Shown here: positions 13,967 to 23,938 of the stretch, piece after piece
Layout: every line of letters starts with the position of its first letter
Numbering within the stretch: position 1 is the first letter of the stretch
Source: Lophium mytilinum
Lineage: Eukaryota
Direction: 5' to 3'
Length of the DNA stretch: 64,000 nucleotides
Assembly: GCA_010093605.1 (NCBI GenBank)
Contig: MU004181.1
Span: 1,922,001 to 1,986,000, forward strand
Notes under the pieces: model-generated
The model's database searches: none
The model's input: the letters and a program-made list of their open reading frames with translations, nothing else
What the model was told of the DNA's origin: nothing
Translations under genes and position numbers: made by a program

Positions 13967-14425
13967 GCTTGTATCGGATAGTCAACACAGCCTCCAGGAC
14001 AAAACAACTGCAACGAGTCGGACCAATGCTTATACATACACAAACGCCCCAGCTAAGAAAGCGGAAAGTAGCTGGTGGGCTGAATGTGAGCGTGGGGAGG
14101 CGCCAGGGCCGAATTACCCCTCAGTGGGGAGACCCCTCGCAACCGCCCAGAGCCTACTCCTGAACTGTACTGAAGTTGCATAGTCCTACCCCCATCTTTA
14201 AACTAAGTGGGATATGCAATGGATGTGAGGAACTTCTCTCGCCATCTGCGACCTTCCGCATCCCGTCACCGCCGCCGACGACGCGCCCCCTGACGTTGCT
14301 TATAGAACTGCTCAAGTCTCGTATGTATCATCTCAATCACGAGCCTATTCCAACCTTGGGCATCCCTGCAAATCATTGACCGCTGACATTTCAGAAGTTT
14401 AGGACCGTCTATCTGTTCTCGAAGG

Positions 14426-14839
14426 ATGGCGTCTCCCAAGGAAGTCACGGACGCACACAAGACGATATTTGAAGAGGGCATCAAGATGCGATATGCCGTT
14501 GCCGGGAAGGAGTACGTCGACAAGGCGCTTGCGAATGGGTCATCCGAGTTCGCCCGGCCGATGCAAGAGCTGGTTACGGAAGCCTGCTGGGGTTCTGTTT
14601 GGAGCAGGCCAGGGCTGGAGCGGAAGCAGCGCAGCTTGCTCAACATTGCAATGCTGTGTGCCTTGAATCGTTCTGCCGAGCTTGCAGTGCACGTCAAAGG
14701 CGCTGTGAATAACGGCGCGTCGGACGTGGAGATCAGAGAAACATTGTTGCAGGCGGCTATTTATTGCGGAATGCCCGCTGGGATCGAGGGGTTCAAGGTG
14801 GCAGAGAAGACGATAAACGAGATGAGGATTGCGAAGTAG
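14426..14839 (+). CDS. carboxymuconolactone decarboxylase (CMD/AhpD-like) family protein
   Basis: G..MR..VAG.EYV, WGSVWSRPGLERKQRSL, ELAVHVKGA.NNG and AIYCGMPAG match PcaC-like CMD proteins. No CxxC motif. Confidence 0.88.
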   Translation: MASPKEVTDAHKTIFEEGIKMRYAVAGKEYVDKALANGSSEFARPMQELVTEACWGSVWSRPGLERKQRSLLNIAMLCALNRSAELAVHVKGAVNNGASDVEIRETLLQAAIYCGMPAGIEGFKVAEKTINEMRIAK

Positions 14840-15183
14840 AGAATACAAGTTGACGGTTGAGAATCTCGGTGGAGCAAGAATGGTAGCGTTGCTGGCCGGG
14901 AAAGACTACACGCATATCAAGATTTTCACTTTCAAATCAAATACTAGCAATGTTCGCCGATTGAATCATGAATCCGCAACTTGGTGCGCGTCCTACTTTC
15001 CAATGTGTTTCCGACCAATGCTACTGTGCTAGCTCGACGAAAGGGACATCATTTTCTCATTGCGGTGTCATTGTTGGCATTGACGAAACTTGGACTACCC
15101 CCTAATCACGATAGCGTAACATATGTTTTGCTAAATGTATACGTGCTTTCGAGTCTACCATTGAGAACGCTATTTCGTTTTGT

Positions 15184-16778
15184 CTAATCAGTGACCCCCA
15201 CAGCCGCTACCAAAGCAGGGGAAGTGAATTCCTTGCCAACCACAGCTGCGTCTTTTGCTCCTGTTGAATTATTGTAGTGTTTCGTGAAGTCGTATTTCAG
15301 AGCGTTGATACCCTAGAATTATTTCAACCCAGTCAGCACAGTACTCCCTTTGTACTCAACGCCGCTTTCTCCGATACACTTACAGCTTGGAATTCCCTCG
15401 AGAAATCTGCGTCTGTTGCTGTCCTTTGGCAGAGCTTTAGAAATTCATCCGTCTCAAGAGCCTTTTCTGGGTCTTGTGCAAACAGACGGCGAATGTTCTC
15501 ACTTGAGAGGGGATCGACGATACAGGTGTATAGCTTCCTACGGACGTCGCTGTAGATGTCGAGAATGTCTGGGGCGGCCACATTGTCGTAGATGCCTATA
15601 AGGCAGTCGTATAGTCCGCCCACATCAACTATCCCACCGGTGAGTCCGAGACCCCCGCTATTGCTAGTGTGTTAGCGTTCGGTTGACGACAGGGTAGAGA
15701 ACGGGGTAGAGTATGCTGCGGAAGCCTTACAAAGGGTTGCAGAGATGTGCAGCGTCTGCTGCCAATAGAAAACGGCCAACTCTCATCCTCTCTGCCAGCC
15801 GCTGGTGTATCTTATACGGACTAATGCTGGCAAGCTTATAGTCACTGGGCTCCGGATTACCAGGCAGCATTGTCTTGAACTTCATTGGTTGGCGGGCAAG
15901 CAGCTCCTCCCGCGACAACCCGGGCAGTTCGCCATAGCTAACTCTCCATAGACCATCATTCGAGATACGTGACGCCATGTGCCAGTGCTCTGGGTGGATG
16001 ATGAAGTTGGCGTCCTCGTACCCGTACTTAGTGAAGTCGTAATACGTCTGAAAATAGCACCGTTAGCCGGGGCCTGTATGGTTGGATGCATCATCAGAGG
16101 TGCATCGGCTTGACTCTTACATTAGTTGCTACGATCTGCTCATCCCACGTTCGTCCGGGAAAATTCGAATCACCAAACAGTGACCGGCGTATCTGGCTGT
16201 TCGCACCGTCGCAGCCGACGATGTAGTCGGCCTCTATTCTCGACTCCCCATCCGGTGACTGGACGTCCACCCAGGCCTTGTCATCGTCTTGACCGATGCC
16301 AGTGACCTTGTGCTTGAAGAGAATCTTCGCAGTGGGCTGTTTCGTCACATGCTCGTACAAAACAGCCCCCAGCTTATTCAAGGGCAGGCACACCATCCGG
16401 TCCGGGTCGCCGTCCATGACACTGCCGTCGATGCCTGCTAGGACAGTGCCGTCCATCTTTCGCCAGCAGACGACGCCTGGAATGAAGCCTTTGGCACGGA
16501 CGTCATCGCCGACCCCAGCACGATTGAGCTCATGCATGGCTGGCGGACCGTAGTGTGTGGCGCGTGGGTTCTCGTCCAGCTTGTCACCCATTTCGAGTAT
16601 CGTCACGGGAATGCCTTGTTTGGCTAGGAGAATACTGAGGAGTAGTCCCGCAGGGCCTGCGCCTACAACGATGACCTGGGGACGGCCGTCAGTCTTGGAC
16701 ACGACCCAAAATGGGCAACAGGCTGGAATGCGTGCTCGTTACCTTTGAAAAGCCCGGGGTCTTATGTGAAATAGCCAT
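15184..16778 (-). CDS. FAD-dependent aromatic-ring monooxygenase (group A, FAD_binding_3 / MhpA-like)
   Basis: Small first exon MAISHKTPGFSK spliced to VIVVGAGPAGL, then IVGCDGANS (DG motif) and LLAADAAHLCNP|GGLGL (GD motif). Last exon ends AAVGVTD at TAG 15184-15186. Confidence 0.9.
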
Positions 16779-17302
16779 GATTACGGTAGAATGAGAAGCA
16801 AGGTAGTAACAGGACTTTCCGCACAACAATCAGAGGAAGCAGCATCTTTATTGACTGCGCCACAGCGAAGCAGAGCAGTCGAGATGGCGGGGGAGGGGCA
16901 AGCAATGCGGGGCCAACTTGGGGAGCTTCCCCAGGTCAACGTACCGGCGACGGCAAAGGACGCCTGGTAAGGCTTCGTCAGCCAGTAGCTACTGCGTGTA
17001 GGTGTAGCTTTTCTGCCGTGGAGACAGGGGGCTGCATCAGGTGCCAGCGCCAGGTCGCTAACACACCACACTCCACTTGCGCAGTGACTGCATCAACGAG
17101 CTTGTATGGAAGAATCGGCTGCCTCGATCGCGTTGTGTGCCACGAGAAAGTCAGGAAAGATTGGAGCGCAGCTAGGTTTGATCGAGACATCCTTTCGGCA
17201 TGGCGTCGCTTGACACACGTGACACCACGTGATGTGCTAAGCTTCAAGTATTTTCATTTGTGCGAGAGCTACAGGACTTCATATACCCGCCCGAAACATC
17301 TA

Positions 17303-18354
17303 CTACTGTGCACTCCCTCTAGCCGCGCCCGTCTTCCCTACAGCCCAATCTTCATCGCCGCCGATGTATCTAAACACCACTCGCGAGTCGAGATCGCGGC
17401 AGCGCTCATCATTCATCGCAGCCGTATACGTCTCCAAGCCCGCATCTCCCAGCATCAGCTTCGCGCCGACGCGCTTCGCCGAGTCCACGGCCAGCGAGAA
17501 GTCCTTTCGCATCAATTGCACTTTGAATCCGCCCTGGTAGCCCTTGCTCGCCGGCGCCTCTGGGCAGATGCCCGGCACCGGATTCCACTTGTCACAGATG
17601 GTACTCTGCGCCGTGCTGGTGTGGAAGATGTCAGCCAGCACGCGCGGGCTCATGCCAGACTTAATGCCCATGTTCATTGCTTCTGATGTCGCTATGGCAA
17701 TCAGGCCGGAGCAGTAGTTGTTGCACAGCTTCGCCGCGAGGCCGAGCGACTGGGCACCGCATGGGAAGACGGATGTGCCCATCATGCCTAACAGGTGCTG
17801 GATGCCCGCAAAACGGACGTCGTCGTGGGCGCAGCCGACCATGAATGTGAGAGTAGCTTTCTGGGCGCCCAGGTTCCCTCCTGAGACCGGGGCATCATAG
17901 AACGCAATGGATGCGTCTTTTTCCCTGATGCTTGACGCTACGGCTAGCGAGGTAGCCGTGTCGATGGTGGAGCAGTCAATGAGCAGCTTGCCATTTATGT
18001 TGGCGGAGAGAATGCCCGTTTCGGGCGTGAGGTATACCGAACGGACATGCGAGCCTTCTGGCAGCATGGTTAAGATGATATCCTATGGCGTGGTGTCGTG
18101 TTAGCCATTGGTGGGGTTCTTTAATTACTGTAAAATGGGGGCATCTGTACAGCTTTTTCTGCTACATCCTTTGCGCTCCCACATGCTTCAACTTTACCAT
18201 TGCTCTGTACAGACAACATGTGCATCGGCTGGGTAACTACGTCAAACACATACACCTTCACCGGCTGCGGGAGCTTCTTGGCCAAGTTCTCAACCATGGG
18301 ATATCCCATGACACCGAGCCCGACGAAACCAATGCTTTTGTTTGTAAAGTCCAT
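17303..18354 (-). CDS. beta-hydroxyacid dehydrogenase (3-hydroxyisobutyrate dehydrogenase-like), copy B
   Basis: IGFVGLGVMGYPM, DCSTID, DAPVSGG, AAKLCNN and GFKVQLMRKD. One intron at ~18085-18148. Confidence 0.9.
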
Positions 18355-18704
18355 GATATAGCACCAGACGGGCAGAAAATTGTTGCTAGGGACAAAAAAA
18401 AAATGCGAATACTGTCGTTGGAAAATTGTTAGGTGTGTTTTCTAAGGAGAGTTGCTGGTTTTATCGGGCCGGCGATTGAAGAGGATCAGGTGGGGTTTGA
18501 CCGATCGCGTACCTGGACACCAGTAGCTTTATGGTAGTGCTAGTAACTATATCACTGTTGCCACAGGGCAACAGGGGGCTTCGGCGCGGGGTACATAAAT
18601 GCTCAACGACGCGTCGGCCAATCATCAGCTTGCCCAGGGACAGTATTGCGGCCCACATCTGACAAGTATTGCAAGTTTAAATTTGGGGCTACCAGTGCCT
18701 CTCT

Positions 18705-19643
18705 CTAAGGCAGCGAGTTTGGGAAGAAGTATGCCTGATTCGCCTTATACCAATGCTCATCGTGAGCAGCAACTACCTGAACACCACCAGATTGCTGCAG
18801 CATCCGCAACCTCACAATCGACTCCCTCGCACCCTCCGGGTCCAAGTGGATGCACAAACTATGCCCTTCATCACCAGTCCAGAAGCCCAGTTCCTTCTCC
18901 CCGCTCAGCAGGCGCGGGTCGTGGAACGCATCGCCACAGAGACAAACCCACTTTGTCGGCCCGGTGCGACACAGTAGATTGATATGGCCTGGAAGGTGAC
19001 CGGGGCAGTCGACCACGTAGACGGAACCGTCCCCTAGCAGATCAATTGCTGCAGGGAATGGCCCCAGCGCCTGCCAGTTCCACCTCTGCTCCGATGCTGC
19101 ACTGGTGCTGTCCACCGGCGGGAGCTCGACGGTACGTTCTTTGGGCAAGACATGTGGGTCAAAGTGCTGGTGAGTGCCTTTGCCCGTGAGACCGTGGGCC
19201 GTCATGTTGCATGCGCCGTGGCCCACAATCACTTCAGCGGTGTGGAAGTCCTCCAGATCGCCGTGGTGGTCGTAGTGCATATGGCTGATTACAATGGCGT
19301 CAATTTTAGTCGCCGGAATGCCTCCATCCGCCAACTGTCTTGCCACGCCTGGCCCCAGCTGGTATGGCTGCCTGTTCCGCAAGTGGACTTGCTGCATAGG
19401 CGTGTATCGATTGATGTCGGAGCGCAGGCCCAAGTCAAACATCAGGTAGAATGGCTTGCTGCTCCCATCGGCCAGGCCCGGGTGAGTGATGAGAAATGCC
19501 ATTGAGGGCACTGTCCTCACGGCTTCAGAGTCAGCCGGCGATACGAAGGCCTTTTCTGGGAGGGTTATGAAGCCGCTCGTCAGCGGGGACACGGCGACGA
19601 ACTTCTGGCCACGTGGGCAGGCGGGCAGCGTGGAGCTGTTCAT
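18705..19643 (-). CDS. metallo-beta-lactamase-fold hydrolase (AHL-lactonase / lactamase-like)
   Basis: Intronless 312 aa ORF with FDLGLR, SHMHYDHHG (HxHxDH), DLLGDGSVYVVDCPGHLPGH, GDAFH and AAHD. Confidence 0.9.
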   Translation of the reverse strand: MNSSTLPACPRGQKFVAVSPLTSGFITLPEKAFVSPADSEAVRTVPSMAFLITHPGLADGSSKPFYLMFDLGLRSDINRYTPMQQVHLRNRQPYQLGPGVARQLADGGIPATKIDAIVISHMHYDHHGDLEDFHTAEVIVGHGACNMTAHGLTGKGTHQHFDPHVLPKERTVELPPVDSTSAASEQRWNWQALGPFPAAIDLLGDGSVYVVDCPGHLPGHINLLCRTGPTKWVCLCGDAFHDPRLLSGEKELGFWTGDEGHSLCIHLDPEGARESIVRLRMLQQSGGVQVVAAHDEHWYKANQAYFFPNSLP

Positions 19644-19987
19644 GGTGAAGACGGTCGTAGATGCTCAGCTTGGCGGAGCGTGGTGGGTACTGTGCGATGT
19701 TGGATACACAAGTAGTAGGCTTAGGTGGGCTATAGACAGCTTGGACAGCATGATTGACAGCAGGTAGTTGCAAAAGCAGAAATGGTTGGTGTTTACCGCA
19801 GTCAAAAGCCGGATGTGGGGAAGCAGTGAAGTCCCCGCATAAGAGCAGTCCCTGAGCCCCTGACTCAGACCCCGTTTGAGCCACCAGCAGCAGCAGGTAT
19901 ATTGGCGAGAGCTGCTGCTGCCGGCAACGTTAAATACCATCTTTTCAAACGCCGATATCGAAATCAAACGCCACAGCCGTGCCGAAA

Positions 19988-21919
19988 ATGGGCTCCGTAG
20001 GAGAAGCTTCGACAGCAGAAGCCGCGCTAGCTAAAGACGACCCCGATGGCCACCATGACCACGACATCGAAACCAGCACCACCTCGGCCTGCACGGAAAA
20101 ACGGGCGGCAAAGCGGAAGCCCGGGAATGTGAGGCCCCCCCGTGTTCAGACGGCTTGCGAGAGATGCCGTATCAAGCGAGTGCGCTGCGACGGCGAGCTG
20201 CCCAGCTGCGCTCGCTGTCTATCATTGGACCTCCCGTGCCAATACCCGCGGCGGCGGCGGCCCAGGGGCCGCTCTGACTACGTGCGGGTGCTGGCGTCGC
20301 AGACGTCCTCATCCTTACCCCAAGTGACGGAGCATTCCACCCAAGATCTGCTCGGAGATCGATTCCGGCCCGAAGCGCATCGCAACAAGGACAGCCAGCC
20401 GCTGGCGCTGCCACCAGATGCCTGGAGCCTCATCGACACCTACTTTGCATACACGCAGAGTTGGCTACCCATTCTCGACCGTGCCAACGTCTACCGCACA
20501 GCGCACTTCTGCTCGGCGAGCGGCGTCGAAGATGCGGCCAACTGCCCTGGTCCGGGGGCAACGGTTGCGTTATGGGCCGCCCTCGCGCTAGCATCGAGCC
20601 AAATCTCAATGCCTCCACGCGACCGAAACCACATCTACCGCGTGGCAAGAGGCCTGGTCTCGGACGATGTGGAAACTTGCGGGCTGGGACATGCCCAGGC
20701 GCTGCTCCTGCTTAGCCTCGTTAAGTTCAATGCGGGATTCTGCGCCACGGCCTCCCTTCTGGTTGGGCAGGCCATCCAGATCGCCTACAACATCGGCCTG
20801 CACCAAGCAAACCGCCCCTCCGATGGCGACGCAGCATCGCATGCTCCTCATCCCAAGGGGAAGCACGTCCTGCTAGGATGCTTCATTCTCGATACCTTGT
20901 ACTCGGCTAGGCTTGGCCGTCCGCCGCAGCTGCGAAAAGACTTCGTTGGCGAGCTGGAACGTCTAGACGAAGACGTACTGGAGGAGTGGGACGTGTGGGA
21001 TGTCCCTCCCCACTTGAACTACGCTGTGAGCCGGCAGCCGCTGAGATTGAACAGTACTTTTAAGGAGCTGGGAAAAATCCACGTGCTTCTCAACGACCTC
21101 CTATGCAGCGGTATGGAGAAGGAACACGCGCCCGGGCAGTACTCCCTCTTCTTCGACCGGCTGGTGAAGCTCAGCAGGGAGCTTCCTAGTCCTTGTCAGC
21201 TCAACATGTCGCTGGAGGAATCAAAACTCATCGCCAACATCCATCAACTGCAGGTATACAATCTGCACTCCGCCTTGGCCGCCGCAGCCATGCTTCTCCA
21301 GCTCTATCCCTACCGCGCCGAGAGCGCCGACACCTTGGCCACCAACCTCGGAACAGGCCCTACCCACGCCCACCACATCCTCGGCCTGCTCCGCCGATAC
21401 TCAACTACATTCGGGCTTAGCTACGTCCCGCCTCATCTCGATTTCGCCGTCGCGCTGGCAACACGTCTTTCAGAACGGCCAACTGCCGGCACCGACTGTG
21501 ACTGGAGCGCCGAGAGGACAGTGAGGATCCGTCTAGAAGGCTATGCCGCGCGGATCCGCTACCAACGACTGCAGCTCGACGCCGTAGACACAGCCTCTCT
21601 CGCCTCGCCCGCGTCCCTCACGACAGCGACGACAGAAGCGGCATCGAGCCCGGCGACCAGCCTCGACGGGGCTTCTCACCACACGCCAGCACTGTGCTTC
21701 TCCACGCCGAGCTCCTCGATTTGCACTGGACCTATAGTAGAGGCGGATGTTGTGGCTATGGATCTCGTAGGGAAGGGGGTGCCGTGCCCCGACGAGTTGA
21801 AGAACTGTGCCCAGTCGCTGGACGTCGGGAGCGTGTCTGCAGCGTATGGGCCACGGGAGTCCGAGACACCATTCCAATTTATCGACTGGCCGAACGAGCT
21901 ATTAGCGTTCTCGTTATAG
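19988..21919 (+). CDS. Zn(II)2Cys6 transcription factor with fungal TF middle domain (QutA-like)
   Basis: ACERCRIKRVRCDGELPSCARCLSLDLPC cluster, LPPDAWSLIDTYFAYTQSWLPIL and CFILDTLYSARLGRPP. Single long ORF. Confidence 0.9.
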   Translation: MGSVGEASTAEAALAKDDPDGHHDHDIETSTTSACTEKRAAKRKPGNVRPPRVQTACERCRIKRVRCDGELPSCARCLSLDLPCQYPRRRRPRGRSDYVRVLASQTSSSLPQVTEHSTQDLLGDRFRPEAHRNKDSQPLALPPDAWSLIDTYFAYTQSWLPILDRANVYRTAHFCSASGVEDAANCPGPGATVALWAALALASSQISMPPRDRNHIYRVARGLVSDDVETCGLGHAQALLLLSLVKFNAGFCATASLLVGQAIQIAYNIGLHQANRPSDGDAASHAPHPKGKHVLLGCFILDTLYSARLGRPPQLRKDFVGELERLDEDVLEEWDVWDVPPHLNYAVSRQPLRLNSTFKELGKIHVLLNDLLCSGMEKEHAPGQYSLFFDRLVKLSRELPSPCQLNMSLEESKLIANIHQLQVYNLHSALAAAAMLLQLYPYRAESADTLATNLGTGPTHAHHILGLLRRYSTTFGLSYVPPHLDFAVALATRLSERPTAGTDCDWSAERTVRIRLEGYAARIRYQRLQLDAVDTASLASPASLTTATTEAASSPATSLDGASHHTPALCFSTPSSSICTGPIVEADVVAMDLVGKGVPCPDELKNCAQSLDVGSVSAAYGPRESETPFQFIDWPNELLAFSL

Positions 21920-22354
21920 CACACAGGTGGCCCGGGTTGCCCGTCTTGGGCGGAGGAATTGTATTAGTACCCTGTTGCTATACTTCTACAGAGGCGTCAC
22001 GGATGTAATGAAGGGATATGAAGGGTCATAATCATTAATATGAAAATTCAGGGCTTAAGGTTGGAACGTTGAATTGGATTGTACTCATAATTATGAAAGA
22101 TATATACAGAGGAAGAGACGAGTTCCAACGGTCAACGTCGCGATAGACTAGGCCTGGAACAACGTTGGTCCGATCCGTAGCGCCACCACTGGTTACGTCG
22201 AGATATAAGAAACTACGGCGAACGCAATACCTTTGATCAAGAGGCGATAGATAATTGACATCCAAGGTAGCAACGCTCACATCTCCTAGAACGTGATTCA
22301 ACCGCGCAGTCCATTCCATCTGCTGGCTATCCTGGCGGGCAAGTCGTTGAAAGG

Positions 22355-22437
22355 CCCCTCAAAGTAGCCCCTCAAATTGACCCCTCAAAGTGACCCCTCA
22401 CCCCGCACCCCACATCTCCACAAAATGTGTGCCCCGC
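22355..22437 (+). promoter_or_regulatory. four CCCCTCA units at 13-bp period followed by three CCCCRC boxes
   Basis: CCCCTCA starts at 22355, 22368, 22381 and 22394. CCCCGC at 22401, CCCCAC at 22408 and CCCCGC at 22432. Lies ~340 bp upstream of the alpha/beta hydrolase. Confidence 0.5.
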
Positions 22438-22774
22438 ATGCAAACCACCCTCCCACACGAGACGAAGTGGCCTGGAGAGCAGCTCGAGCAAAGCATGGCG
22501 ACCCCTCGCCCCTGGAGAGAGGGCGGCACCCGTGTCAGGCTATACTGGGGGGTCGCATTCGAGCCGCAAGCCCACGCTGGCCTTAACTTCGGCAAAGTCA
22601 CGGCGGGGCTATTGATACGTACGGGCAGTGCCCTTAATACAGCCACCGCTACGGTTTGGGCAGGTGGTACTAAAGAATTGCTACGCATCTACTTCAGCGT
22701 CGCCTTTTTGCATTTCATATATTGTATATTTTCGAGCCCTTGAATTCCCACGAGCCTACTCTCGCAGCAGCGCA

Positions 22775-23662
22775 ATGCAGACAGCCGACAGCACAGGAAA
22801 CACGTTCGTCGTCCATCCCAGCGGCCAGAGGACGCACTATGTCGAGGATGATGTTGACGATCCTGGAGCTGGCGCACAGAAGCCCAAGGAGACGGTCCTC
22901 ATACAGCATGGCTTCTGTCGTACCACCGCCCATTGGCAGCATTGGGTTCCTGCTCTCGCGCGCCGGTTTCGCGTCGTCCGGCGCGATCTGCGTGGCCACG
23001 GGCGGTCTAGCTATCCGCTAGAATCTGATGGCTACGACTTCTCAATCGACACGATCCTGCTCGAGATTGTGCAGACGCTCGACGCGCTGGGCGTCGACAG
23101 GGTGCACTTCATCGGCGAGTCGACGAGTGGCATGCTCGGTGAGATCTTCGCCGCCAGGCATCCGGAGCGGCTGCTCTCCCTGACGGTCATCTCGTCGCCG
23201 ACACACCTCCCTCCGCAGGCACTGGAGCTCTTCGCGTTTGGCCACGCCAGCTGGCCGGAAGCATGTCGCGCGATGGGCTCACGGGGATGGGCCGAGGCGC
23301 TGTCCAAAGTCCCGGGAACTGTCTCGAGCCCTGATCCGGTGTATATCAAGTGGTGGATCGAGCAGGTGGCCGTGTCGAGTGGGGAGGGTCTCGCGGCCTA
23401 CGCGCAGTTCCTAAGCACGCTTGACTCGCGGTCGTACTTGAAGGACATTCGCGTGCCAATGCTGATCCAGGCGCCGGCCAACAGCGCCGCAACGAAGCTG
23501 CCCGACCAGCGGTGGTTAGCCGAGCAGGTCCCAAGTGCCAGGCTAGAGGTAGTTAATGGCCGCGGGCACGAGATCTACGTGGAGATGGCGGAGGAATGTC
23601 AGAGGCTGTTTGTCGAATTCGTGGACGGGCTAGGCGAGCTAGATACTAGCAAGGCCCAATGA
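22775..23662 (+). CDS. alpha/beta hydrolase (enol-lactonase / C-C or amide hydrolase-like)
   Basis: LIQHGF oxyanion motif, DLRGHGRS, nucleophile elbow IGESTSG and C-terminal GHEIY. Intronless. Confidence 0.88.
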   Translation: MQTADSTGNTFVVHPSGQRTHYVEDDVDDPGAGAQKPKETVLIQHGFCRTTAHWQHWVPALARRFRVVRRDLRGHGRSSYPLESDGYDFSIDTILLEIVQTLDALGVDRVHFIGESTSGMLGEIFAARHPERLLSLTVISSPTHLPPQALELFAFGHASWPEACRAMGSRGWAEALSKVPGTVSSPDPVYIKWWIEQVAVSSGEGLAAYAQFLSTLDSRSYLKDIRVPMLIQAPANSAATKLPDQRWLAEQVPSARLEVVNGRGHEIYVEMAEECQRLFVEFVDGLGELDTSKAQ

Positions 23663-23938
23663 GAGTAATTACTTGTTGTACTCACCTACACGGTACAGTC
23701 ATCGTTGATCTGGTATTTGGCTGGTGGTGTCTCCGTTGCCCTGCTTCATGTGCTCTACCGCAACGAACGGATCAACACTCGCAAACTACAATTGATAACC
23801 GCACCGCACGACAGATCTAGCGGCTGTCGGCCGGTCCCATCATGTCAGTAGCCAGCTATTTGCAGTAGCCCCGAGCGAAACTAAGCGCCCGGGCATTCAC
23901 TACCGCAACTGGAATAGCGATGCGGTAGACGGAGCCGC

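Noticed and set aside
17018..17686. 222-aa plus-strand ORF and similar antisense ORFs over cluster genes
   Set aside because: Shadow frames of well-supported genes on the opposite strand.
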